Positions 25,940 to 36,029 of a stretch of 64,000 nt of DNA are shown here, piece by piece (within the stretch, counting starts at the first letter, position 1; each line of letters opens with the position of its first letter). The stretch is taken from contig OZ255721.1 in assembly GCA_965277285.1 (NCBI GenBank), positions 3,104,001-3,168,000 on the forward strand, read 5' to 3'. The stretch is from Abditibacteriaceae bacterium (GTDB lineage: Bacteria > Armatimonadota > Abditibacteriia > Abditibacteriales > Abditibacteriaceae). The position numbers and the translations under genes were made by a program. The notes under the pieces were generated by a model. The model searched no databases and was not told the origin of the DNA. It worked only from the letters and a program-made list of their open reading frames with translations.

Positions 25940-28809
25940 TCTTCACCTCGCGCTCTTCTCTTCGCCGCACGTAAACGCGCCATCGCGTCGCCGGCGTCTT
26001 CGCTTGGTGTTTCAGTTGATGCAGGTGGCGGCGCGTTTTCTGGTGCCGCCGGAGTTTGAGTTTGTGGCGAAACGGGCGGCGTAAATTCGACAGTTGTCGG
26101 TGGCGTTTCTTCAAGTTTTTCAGTTGTGGCGCGTTCTTTGGCGCGGCGCAAACGAGACAAGTTTTCATCGCGCGGCGCGACAGTTGGCGTTCGAGTACTC
26201 GATTGTGGCGGCGCGCTCGCTTTCTTCGCCCGCTTTTCGCGGAAGTTGCGCCATTCTTCTTCGCCCCACAAAACGCGACGAACTGCGACATCGAGCGGGA
26301 ACAAACACGCGGCAAGCGCCAATAAAGGCAGCCAAATATCGGTCGGCGTTTTGGCGGGTTGGCGCGGTCGCTCGAAAACATCCGTTGGTTGCACGTCTTT
26401 GCCGCCGCTGTTTTGCGCGACTTGACTGAGCAAAAACAGGTCGCTGCCGACGCTGGCGTATTCGGGCGAGTAGGGCAACGTTCCGCCGGTGATTTGCGAA
26501 ACAGTTTTGTCGCCGCGCTGCGTGCGAATGTTGACCAAATAGGCGCCCAGTTCGCGCGCATCAAATGTCGCTTCGTAACGTCCCGGGCCGGTTTGCTCGA
26601 GCGGCAAATCAATGCCTTTCAAGCTGGGCGGCACCAGGCGCGCTTTGGGGTTGAGGAAATTGACGAAATTGCCGCTCGCATCAACGGCTTCAATCGTCAC
26701 CTTGCCCTGGCCTTTGTTGATGTCGACGTTCGTCTGCAAATCGTTGCCGCTACTCGTTCTCATGCTCCAGCGCACAGTTTGCGCCCAGAACTTGGAAAAA
26801 CCCGGCCAGCCCAGCCACGCCGCCGCCCAACGCTGACGCGCGTCACTTGTCCACGCGACGCTTTTTCCCAAACCATATTGCCGCGTCGCCAGCAGCGGAT
26901 CGCCCTGATGAGTACTCAATACGACACGCGAACCTTCGCGCACGGTGCGCGGACTGGTGCCGACATAACCGAGCAATTTCGGCAAACTGTCAAACCCTTT
27001 CAAAATGGACGATGGCGATTCCAAGCGCGGCGTGAACGGTTCTTCGATGATCGCCGAGCGCGAAACCGTGGCGGCTTCTTTCAAGAAAATGTTTGGGATT
27101 TGATTGGCGGCGCGCACTTGATAAAAACGCCCGCCGTGTTCGCGCGCGATTTGATACATATTCTGCGCGCCGCTGGGGTCGTGTGGGTTGATGACAACTG
27201 TCGAAACCGTGATTTTCGCCTTGTTGAAAGCAGCGACCAGAGACGGGCGCGGCGGGCTGGGATCGCCATCACTCAAGATGATGCAATGCTTGAGATAGGC
27301 CGGAGTTTTGACTAATCCATCATAAGCGGTTTGCAGCGCGGCGTCGAAGTCGGGCATATCGCCGGGGTCGATGCTTTTGATTTTGGTCAGCATCAGGTTG
27401 CGATTGGGGCCGACTTTCATCATCGGATAAACCCAACTCGCGTCCATGCCGTAGATGATCAAACCGGCGTAATCTTCGTCGCCCATTTGCCGCGTGACCT
27501 GCGCGCAGACGGCTTTCGCCCAATCGTTGCCTTGCGGAAACTCCATCGAGTGCATCACCATCGCCACCGCGCCGCCCGGCAAAAACTGCGTGTTGCGAAT
27601 GTCCATCGTGACCGGCAGACTTTCCTCAACTGGCGTCGAGCGATAGCCGCCCGGCCCAAAAGAATTCTCGCCGCCGATCATCACCAGGCCACAACCCAAG
27701 TCGCGCACATAAGATTGCAAGCCCAGCATTTGTTGAGTACTCAATTCCCACGCGGGCACGTCGTTCAAGACAATCGCGTCGTAGGCTTGCATGGCGCGCA
27801 AATCGTTAGGCAAACCGCCCGCGCCGCGCATTTCGACATCGACTTTTTCGCGCGTCAAAGCCTGCGACAAGAACGCGGTTTGCGTGGTGTCATCGCCGAC
27901 CAGCAAAATGCGCGGCTTGCCCTGCACGTTCACGAAACTCAGGCCACGATTGTTTTCCGCAATCGTGTCGTCGCCTTTGGTGGTTTCGATTTGCGCTTCA
28001 AAGGTCGCGGCGCCCGCTTTGGTCACGGTCTGCGGAAAGTTGAAAACGTTTTTGCCCTTTTCCAGATGAACCGGTTTGGTGCCCAGAAAAACGCCGTCGC
28101 GGAAAAGTTTGATTTGCGCGTTTGTGGGTGCGGTCGAGCGCGCGATGACGCGCACTTCCAAAGGCTCGCCGATTTTCGCTTCGCCGGGCGTGATGACTTT
28201 TTCGATCAGCACTTCGTGCGCGGGCGGCGAGGAAAGCGGCACGACATCAATTGTCACGTCGTTGTTGTGCGCGCTTTGCGCTTCGCTGAGCGCGTCGCCC
28301 AGGTTTTCATTTCCGTCAGAAAGCAGAATCACGCGCTTGCGCATTCCATCGGGCAAAGACGCGGTCGCCAATCGGATAGCGGCGGAAATGTCGGTGAATT
28401 CACCAGGCGGCACAGTCTGGATTTTCCCCAAAGTCGGCGCAGTGCCTGGCGCCAATTGGATGTAGGCATCGCGCCCGAACACCACAACGCCCCAATGATC
28501 GGAAAGGCGCCGCGTTTTAATGGCGTCTTCGATGAACTGCGCGGCGCGGGCTTTGTCGTTTGGCCCAATCGAATCGGAATAATCGACCACGAACATCACG
28601 GCCAAATCGCGGTTAAAACGCACCAATTGCGCGCCCGCCAAAGCCAAAATTAGTAGCGCGCAGATAACCAGGCGAAAGCCCAGCGCGATGCCACGGCGCG
28701 CGTTTGACAAATCGGCCAGCGTGCGTCGCGCCAGCCATGTGAAATAAAAGGCCAGCGGCGGAAACAGCGCGAGCGCCCAGGGATTGGTGAACGAGAGGCC
28801 GAAGTTCAT
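25936..28809 (-). CDS. Membrane-anchored VWA-domain protein with glutamine amidotransferase-like domain
   Basis: BatA-like N-terminus, DYSDS MIDAS, LLSDGNEN, IGGENSFGPGGY, second VWA (ILSDG). Confidence 0.85.
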   Translation of the reverse strand: MNFGLSFTNPWALALFPPLAFYFTWLARRTLADLSNARRGIALGFRLVICALLILALAGAQLVRFNRDLAVMFVVDYSDSIGPNDKARAAQFIEDAIKTRRLSDHWGVVVFGRDAYIQLAPGTAPTLGKIQTVPPGEFTDISAAIRLATASLPDGMRKRVILLSDGNENLGDALSEAQSAHNNDVTIDVVPLSSPPAHEVLIEKVITPGEAKIGEPLEVRVIARSTAPTNAQIKLFRDGVFLGTKPVHLEKGKNVFNFPQTVTKAGAATFEAQIETTKGDDTIAENNRGLSFVNVQGKPRILLVGDDTTQTAFLSQALTREKVDVEMRGAGGLPNDLRAMQAYDAIVLNDVPAWELSTQQMLGLQSYVRDLGCGLVMIGGENSFGPGGYRSTPVEESLPVTMDIRNTQFLPGGAVAMVMHSMEFPQGNDWAKAVCAQVTRQMGDEDYAGLIIYGMDASWVYPMMKVGPNRNLMLTKIKSIDPGDMPDFDAALQTAYDGLVKTPAYLKHCIILSDGDPSPPRPSLVAAFNKAKITVSTVVINPHDPSGAQNMYQIAREHGGRFYQVRAANQIPNIFLKEAATVSRSAIIEEPFTPRLESPSSILKGFDSLPKLLGYVGTSPRTVREGSRVVLSTHQGDPLLATRQYGLGKSVAWTSDARQRWAAAWLGWPGFSKFWAQTVRWSMRTSSGNDLQTNVDINKGQGKVTIEAVDASGNFVNFLNPKARLVPPSLKGIDLPLEQTGPGRYEATFDARELGAYLVNIRTQRGDKTVSQITGGTLPYSPEYASVGSDLFLLSQVAQNSGGKDVQPTDVFERPRQPAKTPTDIWLPLLALAACLFPLDVAVRRVLWGEEEWRNFREKRAKKASAPPQSSTRTPTVAPRDENLSRLRRAKERATTEKLEETPPTTVEFTPPVSPQTQTPAAPENAPPPASTETPSEDAGDAMARLRAAKRRARGEE

Positions 28810-28918
28810 AGCGGGAAGAAGTCCACCTTGATTTTATCAGGATGGAACATCGCGCCCGCGTTTTTATGTGAACCGTCGCGCGCTTGAAATGTGGGAAGCA
28901 GGGAACACGAATTCCATG

Positions 28919-29014
28919 CACGGACTGAACGGGTTTTTACAGATCGCAAAGCGCAGAAGATAATCATGCGCTCCTCCATCCATCCCAAATCTATGTTCAT
29001 CCGTTCAGTCCGTG
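28919..29014. repeat. Inverted-repeat element (family D)
   Basis: cacggactgaacgg ... ccgttcagtccgtg. Confidence 0.6.
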
Positions 29015-29046
29015 TACTTTTTAACCCAAGTTGCTACCTAATCATT

Positions 29047-29160
29047 GCCTGCGACTGAACTCGCGGTTCGGGTGCCCTTTGGGCAGGTGCTTTCCATGTT
29101 GCGTCGGCGCAGGCCGCCGCTGCCGCCGCAGGCGGTTGAGCCGCGAGTTCACTCGCAGGC
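29047..29160. repeat. Inverted-repeat element (family E)
   Basis: gcctgcgactgaactcgcggttc ... gagccgcgagttcactcgcaggc (21/23 complementary). Confidence 0.65.
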
Positions 29161-29383
29161 ATGGTGGAAACTTGGGTTTTCTATTCTTTCATCTTCCACA
29201 AGTCGCTGATTGGTTTCGCCTGGTTCGAGTACTCGAATCGATTGATCAGAAGGAGCGCGAGTTTCTTTACAGAGGTTATTGTTGCTTTACAAACAGCGGA
29301 TTGGAGTTGGCGTCAGAAGCGATACAAGCCGCAATGTTGCGACCTGAAAAGAAAAATGATCGAAAGATCAAAGGAACTTTCCC

Positions 29384-29797
29384 ATGAAAAGCACACAGAA
29401 AAAAGTCGTAACCTTGGGCGCCGTTGTTTTGAGCGCTGTCACCTTGTTTGGTTCAGCCGTTCCTTCTTTCGCCGACGGATGGCACAATAACGGCGGCAAC
29501 ACGCAGGATGTTCGCCAAGATGGCCGTGATGTTCGCAACGACCGTGTCGACGTTCGCAACGACCGCGTTGACGCGCGCGATGACCGCCAAGGTTTGCGAC
29601 AAGATCGCCGCGTTGTGGTTCAGGATCGCTACGTTTTCAACCAAGCCACCACTTGGCGCGACCGCCGCGAAGATGGCCGCGAACTGCGCGATGCGCGTCA
29701 AGATTTCAGTAGCCAACGCCGCGACGTGCGCACCGACAGCCGCGATTTGCGCAACGACCGCCGTGACCTCCGCCAGGATCGCCGCGACGACCGCTAA
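29384..29797 (+). CDS. Secreted Asp/Arg-rich heptad-repeat protein
   Basis: Signal peptide, then (DVRNDRV/DLRQDRR)n; AAGGA RBS; terminator at 29818-29850. Confidence 0.75.
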   Translation: MKSTQKKVVTLGAVVLSAVTLFGSAVPSFADGWHNNGGNTQDVRQDGRDVRNDRVDVRNDRVDARDDRQGLRQDRRVVVQDRYVFNQATTWRDRREDGRELRDARQDFSSQRRDVRTDSRDLRNDRRDLRQDRRDDR

Positions 29798-29971
29798 GTC
29801 GCTTCAAGAGTCGTAAAGAAAGGCTGCGAGATTTTTCTCGCAGCCTTTTTCGTGTGCCTGCCAATCGTTCGAGTACTCGATGCTCGTGGAAACCGCCCAC
29901 ACAAAGCGCCGATTTCGGTTATTGCGCTTTTTAGTTTATAATCGTTGCAACTCTCTTCAATTCTCTTTTCT

Positions 29972-31996
29972 ATGACTAACATCATTTCCCATTCGCAGAA
30001 ACTTGAACCCGCCGTCGATTCGTTTTTGAAAAAGGTCGTTGATAAAAAGCTGGCCAACATCGCTTTCGATGGCAAAACGAACAAGGATGGCAGCGAGCGG
30101 CGCGTCATCACTTACTTCCCGTCCGGTCACAAAGAAATTTACGATGACCCCGAAGAACAGGTGCGCGCCGAGTTTTGGGCTGAACTGATTGAGCGTTATC
30201 ATTACTCGCCACAACGAATCAAGCTGGAAGTCGTTGTGCCGGATCGCACCAATGTCGATAAAGCCGACATCATTGTTTTTACAGACGATGCGTGTAAAGC
30301 GCCGTATATCGTTGTCGAGTGCAAGCGCGAAAAGATTACGCCGCCCGAGTTCACGCAGGCCATCGATCAGGCATTTGGCAATGGCAACGCGCAAAAGTTT
30401 CGCGCCAACTTCGTCATCGTTGTCGCCGGTGCGACGCGTCGCGCCTTCGATTGCTCTGACCAATATGCCGCACTTGAACGCGATAAAAACATCGTCGCGG
30501 ATATTCCTATCGCATACGGCAAAGTTCCCGAATACAAATATGTCCACAAAGGCAGTTTAGAAATCCAGGCGGTTTCTAAAGAAACATTGATTGCTGCGAT
30601 TAAGAAGTGTCATGACACGCTTTGGGGCGGCGGCAAACTTTCTCCGCCAGCCGCGTTTGGCGAATTGTGCAAACTGATTTTTGCCAAAACCTGCGATGAA
30701 AAAGACACGCGCAAAAACCAGCCTTACGAGTTTCAGGTGCGAACCCACGAAGAACCGTCGCAACTGAGTGAACGCATTCGCAAGCTATACGATAAACACC
30801 GCAAGCGCGAACACGACGCGGGCGTCTTCGATGAAACCATCAAAGTGCCCGACGCGATGTTGTCAGCCGTGGTCTCGCATTTGGAAAGCATTGACCTGGC
30901 CAAAACCGATTTGGACACCAAAGGCGTTGCGTTTGAGCGCTTCATGGACGGCTTTTTCAAAGGCAACTTTGGGCAGTACTTCACGCCGCGCGAGATTATT
31001 CAGTTCGCCGTTGAAATGTTCCCGCCCGACTCTCATCATCGAGTACTCGATCCGGCGTGCGGCAGCGGCGGCTTTTTGCTTCATGCTCTCGACTACATTC
31101 GGCGCGAAGCGGACACCGAGTTTCCCGATTGGGAAAGCGACTCCGATGAAAAAATCAAGCATTACAAATACTGGCACGATTTCGCGCAGTTCAACTTGTT
31201 CGGCATCGAAATCAACGACGAGATCGCGCGTGTCGCCAAAATGAACATGATTTTGCACGACGATGGACACACCAACGTCATCGGCGAAGACGCGCTGGAG
31301 CAGTTCGAGCGTTTCGATGTCATCAAAGCGGGCGCGTTCAAACCCAACTCGTTCGATTTGATCCTCACCAATCCACCTTTTGGTGCGCAAGTCGCCTTCG
31401 ATCAAAAGCCGCATCTGCCGTCACTTTTCCCCGAACTCGCGTTTGTCGAGTACTCGAAGGACAAGAAAAAAACGCGCAAAAACCAGAAAACCGAGATTTT
31501 GTACCTCGAACGCATTCATCAATTTTTGCGTGAAGGCGGACGCGCCGCGATTGTCTTGCCCGACGGCATCTTGACCAATTCGAGTCTGGCCTATGTGCGC
31601 GATTATCTGCTTTCTGCGTTTAGCTTGCGCGCCGTAATTTCCCTGCCACAAATGGCGTTTGCGCATTATGGCGCGGGCGTGAAAAGCAGCCTGGTGTTTG
31701 TCGAAAAGCGCACGGCGAAAGAAACGCCGCGCGACGACGAACCGATTTTTATGGCGGCGCCCGAAAACATCGGCTACGACGCGACAGGACGCAAAACCTG
31801 GAAGTTGTTGTCACGCGAAGAACACGACGCAAGCTCGTGGACGGAAACCTTGCGCTGCGATTTGTTCGATGCGCAAATCACTTATGAAATAAAAGGCTTC
31901 GAGGTTTTCGAGCGAGCGCGGCAAGTGATTCCAAACACCGGTTTGTTGGGCGAATGGCAGCGCTTTCAAAGCGATCCCGAACCTTTTTTCGTCTAA
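29972..31996 (+). CDS. Fused restriction endonuclease / N6-adenine methyltransferase (HsdR_N plus HsdM-like; type IIB/IIG-like)
   Basis: ADIIVF...VECK PD-(D/E)xK motif; GQYFTPR, VLDPACGSGGFL, LTNPPF, VLPDGIL. Confidence 0.92.
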   Translation: MTNIISHSQKLEPAVDSFLKKVVDKKLANIAFDGKTNKDGSERRVITYFPSGHKEIYDDPEEQVRAEFWAELIERYHYSPQRIKLEVVVPDRTNVDKADIIVFTDDACKAPYIVVECKREKITPPEFTQAIDQAFGNGNAQKFRANFVIVVAGATRRAFDCSDQYAALERDKNIVADIPIAYGKVPEYKYVHKGSLEIQAVSKETLIAAIKKCHDTLWGGGKLSPPAAFGELCKLIFAKTCDEKDTRKNQPYEFQVRTHEEPSQLSERIRKLYDKHRKREHDAGVFDETIKVPDAMLSAVVSHLESIDLAKTDLDTKGVAFERFMDGFFKGNFGQYFTPREIIQFAVEMFPPDSHHRVLDPACGSGGFLLHALDYIRREADTEFPDWESDSDEKIKHYKYWHDFAQFNLFGIEINDEIARVAKMNMILHDDGHTNVIGEDALEQFERFDVIKAGAFKPNSFDLILTNPPFGAQVAFDQKPHLPSLFPELAFVEYSKDKKKTRKNQKTEILYLERIHQFLREGGRAAIVLPDGILTNSSLAYVRDYLLSAFSLRAVISLPQMAFAHYGAGVKSSLVFVEKRTAKETPRDDEPIFMAAPENIGYDATGRKTWKLLSREEHDASSWTETLRCDLFDAQITYEIKGFEVFERARQVIPNTGLLGEWQRFQSDPEPFFV

Positions 31997-33453
31997 GCCC
32001 CGCCGCCGGTGAAGTCGTGCGCTTCGCTGTGCGTCGGGGTGACGTGAAAGAAGGTCGCTTTGATACAGCCTTTCGTTTATCAGAACGATCTGAGAAAGGA
32101 CAAAGCAAGTATAAAACGACTCCACTCAATAAACTTGTCAACTTTTACAGCGGTGGAACGCCATCGAAGGCGCGCGGTGATTTCTGGGATGGCGATATTC
32201 CTTGGGTTAGTCCAAAAGATTTTGGCCGACATACTATTTACGACAGCGAAGATCATATTTCGTCTGCTGGCCTTCTTGACGCGAGCTTGCACATAATTCC
32301 AGAGAATAGTTTATTGATGGTCGTCCGTAGCGGCGTTCTTAAACATTCATTGCCTGTTGCTGTGACAGGGAGGAATGTGACAATCAATCAAGACTTGAAA
32401 GCCATGATTCCTCTTGGCGAAGTTTTAGCCAGGTATTTAGCTGATTACTTCGTTGTGTTTGGTAAGCAAGTTCTGCCTGCAATCTCAAAGCACAGCACAA
32501 CTGTCCAGAGTTTGAACACGCCGCAGCTCGAATCGCTTCCAATTCCGCTTCCGCCACTTGAAACACAACAAGTACTCGTAAACGAATTGGAAGCCGCACG
32601 TAGTTCGCGGCGCGACAAATTGGCGCAAGCCGACGCGTTACTTTCGGGTTTGGACGGCTGGCTGCTCGATCAATTAGGCTTGCAACCGCCGCAGGAAGAT
32701 AAACGCGCGTGCTTTGCGGTGCGCTTGGGCGACGTGCGTTCGCGCTTCGACGCCGATTTCCATTCGCCGCGCTTTCAATCGTTGCGCGCTTCAATTGAAG
32801 ACAGCGGCTTTGAGATTGTCAGCGTCAAAGAAGTCGCGGTTTATATAAAAAGCGGTTTTGCATCGGGACGCGACGATCAGGCGGACGATGCAGAAAGCGG
32901 CGTGCCGCATATCCGCCCAATGAACATCACGCCACAGGGCGAATTTTCACTGGCAAATGCCAAGTTCGTTCCGCATAGTGCTGTTAGTGCTGGTGATTGG
33001 CTTCAAAAAGGCGAAGTCATTTTTAACAATACGAACTCGACAGCTTGGGTTGGTAAAACAGGAGTTTTTGCGGGTGAAACCGAATGTGCGTGTTCCAATC
33101 ACATGACACGCATTCAATTCAACCAAAAAGTGGTGCCTGATTTCGTTGCGCCCTTGTTCAACGCCTTGCGCTCGACAGGTTTATTCGGTTTGATGTCAAC
33201 GAACTTCAATAATCAAGCTGGCATCAATTCAACAACGCTGGAAATGTTCCGTTTTCCATTGCCACAACTTCCTACTCAACAAACCATTGCCGATGAAGTG
33301 CGTTCGCGGCGTGAGACTGCGCGGCGTTTGCGCGATGAAGCGAACGCCGAGTGGAGCGCGGCCAAAGCGCGTTTCGAGAGGCAACTGTTGGGCGAAACGA
33401 AAGATCGAGTACTCGATGTTGCACAAAATGTCGACCAAGGTGGTGACGCATGA
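31954..33453 (+). CDS. Restriction-modification specificity subunit (HsdS-like, two TRDs); start uncertain, possibly reached by -1 frameshift
   Basis: SGGTPSK..FWDGDIPWVSPKD, INQDLKA, IPLPPLETQ and FPLPQLPTQ conserved repeats. Confidence 0.9.
   Translation: MAALSKRSRTFFRLSPAAGEVVRFAVRRGDVKEGRFDTAFRLSERSEKGQSKYKTTPLNKLVNFYSGGTPSKARGDFWDGDIPWVSPKDFGRHTIYDSEDHISSAGLLDASLHIIPENSLLMVVRSGVLKHSLPVAVTGRNVTINQDLKAMIPLGEVLARYLADYFVVFGKQVLPAISKHSTTVQSLNTPQLESLPIPLPPLETQQVLVNELEAARSSRRDKLAQADALLSGLDGWLLDQLGLQPPQEDKRACFAVRLGDVRSRFDADFHSPRFQSLRASIEDSGFEIVSVKEVAVYIKSGFASGRDDQADDAESGVPHIRPMNITPQGEFSLANAKFVPHSAVSAGDWLQKGEVIFNNTNSTAWVGKTGVFAGETECACSNHMTRIQFNQKVVPDFVAPLFNALRSTGLFGLMSTNFNNQAGINSTTLEMFRFPLPQLPTQQTIADEVRSRRETARRLRDEANAEWSAAKARFERQLLGETKDRVLDVAQNVDQGGDA
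31984..32040 (+). promoter_or_regulatory. Candidate -1 programmed ribosomal frameshift signal
   Basis: Slippery T_TTT_TTC in the methylase frame, 6-nt spacer, then a 44-nt GC-rich hairpin; the -1 frame is the S-subunit frame. Confidence 0.6.
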
Positions 33454-34244
33454 GCTTGCGCGCATTGCTCCGCGACATCTGCACGGGCGTCGAAATTTAT
33501 TACACGGGACGCACGGAAGAAGAATATCTTAAAGCGGCTTTTGTGTTGTGCGACGACTACACGGAACTCACATCGAAATTGTGGTTGTTGAAAGATAATC
33601 CAAAATGGAAAGACACTCACGAAAAAGAAGCAAAAAAGTTGTTGGATGCCCGCAAGAACGTTGTGGCAATGGCCAAAGGTGAAGGAACGGCAACGCCGGA
33701 AGAATTCGCTTTGGTAGAACAAGGCGGTCGCATAGACCGCTTCAAGGCTTATGATGAAGTTTTGAATGATGTGCGCGCGGCCATTGAAAAAAAGCGCGCA
33801 AAAGAAGTCAGCGCGATAGACAAACTCCAACGTTCAATGAAAGAACGCCGTGAAAGGCGCAATGGCTTTTTTCATTCGGCCAAGCTGCTTTCGTTGACCG
33901 TTGGCAAAACCGAGTGCGTTGAGGCATTTTGCGATTTACTACAATATGGCCGCCTGCTTTTTGGCACTGCTTGGGACGAAGAACTCGCTGGAGCGCGCAA
34001 TCTTCGCACCATGGAGATTCTGCTACGATTGGAAAAGAAGGCCGCTTCAACTCCAGTTTTGCGTGAACGCATAACCAAAGTTCTCAGCGAATGGCCTGCG
34101 AACACAAAAGGCCGCCTTCCAAGCAAAGGCGTCTTAGTTGCGCGCCATCCAGATGACTTGCACTTGCGTTTGTGCTTAATTCATGGCGATAGCGAACTAC
34201 GCAACAAACTACAAGCCTTGCTGAATACCGTCGAAAACCCTTAA
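33450..34244 (+). CDS. Hypothetical helical protein with a HEPN-like RxxxxH motif
   Basis: ATGA overlap with the S gene; RNGFFH motif. Confidence 0.55.
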   Translation: MSLRALLRDICTGVEIYYTGRTEEEYLKAAFVLCDDYTELTSKLWLLKDNPKWKDTHEKEAKKLLDARKNVVAMAKGEGTATPEEFALVEQGGRIDRFKAYDEVLNDVRAAIEKKRAKEVSAIDKLQRSMKERRERRNGFFHSAKLLSLTVGKTECVEAFCDLLQYGRLLFGTAWDEELAGARNLRTMEILLRLEKKAASTPVLRERITKVLSEWPANTKGRLPSKGVLVARHPDDLHLRLCLIHGDSELRNKLQALLNTVENP

Positions 34245-34319
34245 TCCGCCTTCAACAGCGTGAGCAGGCCGCAAAAGCAAGCCAGAGCAAGGTGGCTGAT
34301 CCGTGATACAAACGCAGAC

Positions 34320-34877
34320 TCATTGGTTTTTCGGTTTCCAATTTTTGGCCGCGTCGCGCACCAATTGCATCGCGCGTTCGGCGTCTTCAATGCCTGTCAG
34401 TTCGATGCGGTTGCCTTCAAAAACCTGATAATCGTGAAGAAAACCTTCGATTTCGCGCGGAATACGCGACGGCAAATCGTTCAGCGAATGTACTTCGTCC
34501 CAGCGCGAACCGGCGCCTGGAAGCGAAATCGGGCATGCCAGAACGCGGTCGTTTTGCACGCCGTTTTTCTTCAAACCGATCACTCCGAGTACTCGAACGC
34601 GCACCAGGCAGCCAGGAAAACACGGTTCGTCAATCAATAGCGCGACATCAATGGCGTCGCCGTCGTCGGCCAGAGTTTGCGGCACGAAACCGAAATCGCA
34701 CGGCCATTTCAGATCGGAACGCAAAGTGCGGCGCAGTTCGATGACGCCAAATTCTTCTTTATAGGCGAACTTGTTGCCCGTTCCGCGCGGCGTCTCGACA
34801 ATCATGTGAACGGCGTTTGGTTCGGCGGAATCTTTGGTGTAAAACGGTGGAATGTGATCGAAGGAAAGTGGGTTCAT
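34320..34877 (-). CDS. ppa: Inorganic pyrophosphatase (family I)
   Basis: VETPRG..NKF, FGFVPQTLADDGDAIDV. Confidence 0.88.
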   Translation of the reverse strand: MNPLSFDHIPPFYTKDSAEPNAVHMIVETPRGTGNKFAYKEEFGVIELRRTLRSDLKWPCDFGFVPQTLADDGDAIDVALLIDEPCFPGCLVRVRVLGVIGLKKNGVQNDRVLACPISLPGAGSRWDEVHSLNDLPSRIPREIEGFLHDYQVFEGNRIELTGIEDAERAMQLVRDAAKNWKPKNQ

Positions 34878-35147
34878 AACGCGCGTAGTTTGGCGCGAAA
34901 TGGCGTGACTTCACAAGCCCGTTTTGCCCTCTTTGACATTGAAGTTATTGAATCGAGTACTCGAATTTTTGGTCACGGCTTCGTTGAGTAAGACGATTGA
35001 AAGAACCCAAAGCGCCAGCGACAAATGAAGCGTCAGAGTTTTATTCATCCATTATGTCCACCCATCGCAACGCTCGGGTTCTTCTCGGATAGGTTCAATC
35101 TCTCTCGCCACCTGGGCCACGACCAAATGCTTTTAGGCCACATTCTT

Positions 35148-36029
35148 TTAGGCCGCCGCGTAGTTCATGGGGTTTTCGATAGGAGTATTTTTCGCTAAAA
35201 CGACGCAGTTGCGGCCTGCGCGCTTGGCGTCATACAAGGCGATGTCGGCGCGTTTGATAGTTTCATCCAAACTTGTGCCGCTTATGTGCTCGGCCACGCC
35301 GATGCTGACTGAAAGCGGCAAGTTATCCGGTAAATCGCTGGAAACGAGTGTGGCCACTGCGCCACAAATGCGATTAGCGCTCGCCAAAGCTTCCTCGCCG
35401 TCGGTATCGGAGAGCAGAAGCAGAAACTCTTCGCCGCCCCAGCGCGCGCAATCGTCTTCGCGCCGCAGCAAGGCCGAAAGGGTTCGAGCGACGCAAATTA
35501 AAGCGCGATCACCGGCTTCGTGGCCGTGATTGTCGTTGACGTTCTTGAAATGGTCGATGTCGATCATGGCGACGGATAACGGGAGATTGTGACGTAAGGC
35601 CAGTCCAATTTCACACTGCAAGCGTTCCAATATCGCGCGGCGATTGAGCAATCCTGTCAGCGAATCCTGCGCGGAAATCACTTTCAATTCTTCATTCAAG
35701 TCGCGCATCATTCCCTGATAATGATCGGAAATGCTCATCATGCGCTGCAACTGGCGCATCTGCTTGTCGTAACGTTGGCTCAGTGTTTGGTTTTTGTCGC
35801 GGACCGCTGCCTGATAACCATCGGAAATCGAAGTCAAACGCTCCAACTGCGTCACATGATTCTGGTAGCGCTTCACCAAAGCCGAAAGCGCCGAATGCAA
35901 CTCGTGGCCTTGATGTTGAGGATCGGCCAAAAGTTCGGCGATGTGCTGATCAAGAAAGTCGTCATTCATAAGGCTTGTCCTGGTTTGAACGTCCTGGTTT
36001 GAACACCGTTTTCTCACCTTTTCATTCAT
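35148..36029 (-). CDS. siaD: Diguanylate cyclase, SiaD-like (alternative start 35969)
   Basis: ISDGYQ / ISDHYQ coiled-coil repeats, DSLTGLLNRR, DIDHFK, RWGGEEF. Confidence 0.88.
   Translation of the reverse strand: MNEKVRKRCSNQDVQTRTSLMNDDFLDQHIAELLADPQHQGHELHSALSALVKRYQNHVTQLERLTSISDGYQAAVRDKNQTLSQRYDKQMRQLQRMMSISDHYQGMMRDLNEELKVISAQDSLTGLLNRRAILERLQCEIGLALRHNLPLSVAMIDIDHFKNVNDNHGHEAGDRALICVARTLSALLRREDDCARWGGEEFLLLLSDTDGEEALASANRICGAVATLVSSDLPDNLPLSVSIGVAEHISGTSLDETIKRADIALYDAKRAGRNCVVLAKNTPIENPMNYAAA

Noticed and set aside
27331..28653. 440-aa + strand ORF
   Set aside because: Antisense shadow of the VWA protein gene.
29972..33453. The R-M system as the cognate enzyme of the 12-bp palindrome
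   Set aside because: An S subunit with two different TRDs normally recognises an asymmetric bipartite site, and nothing in the sequence links it to this motif.
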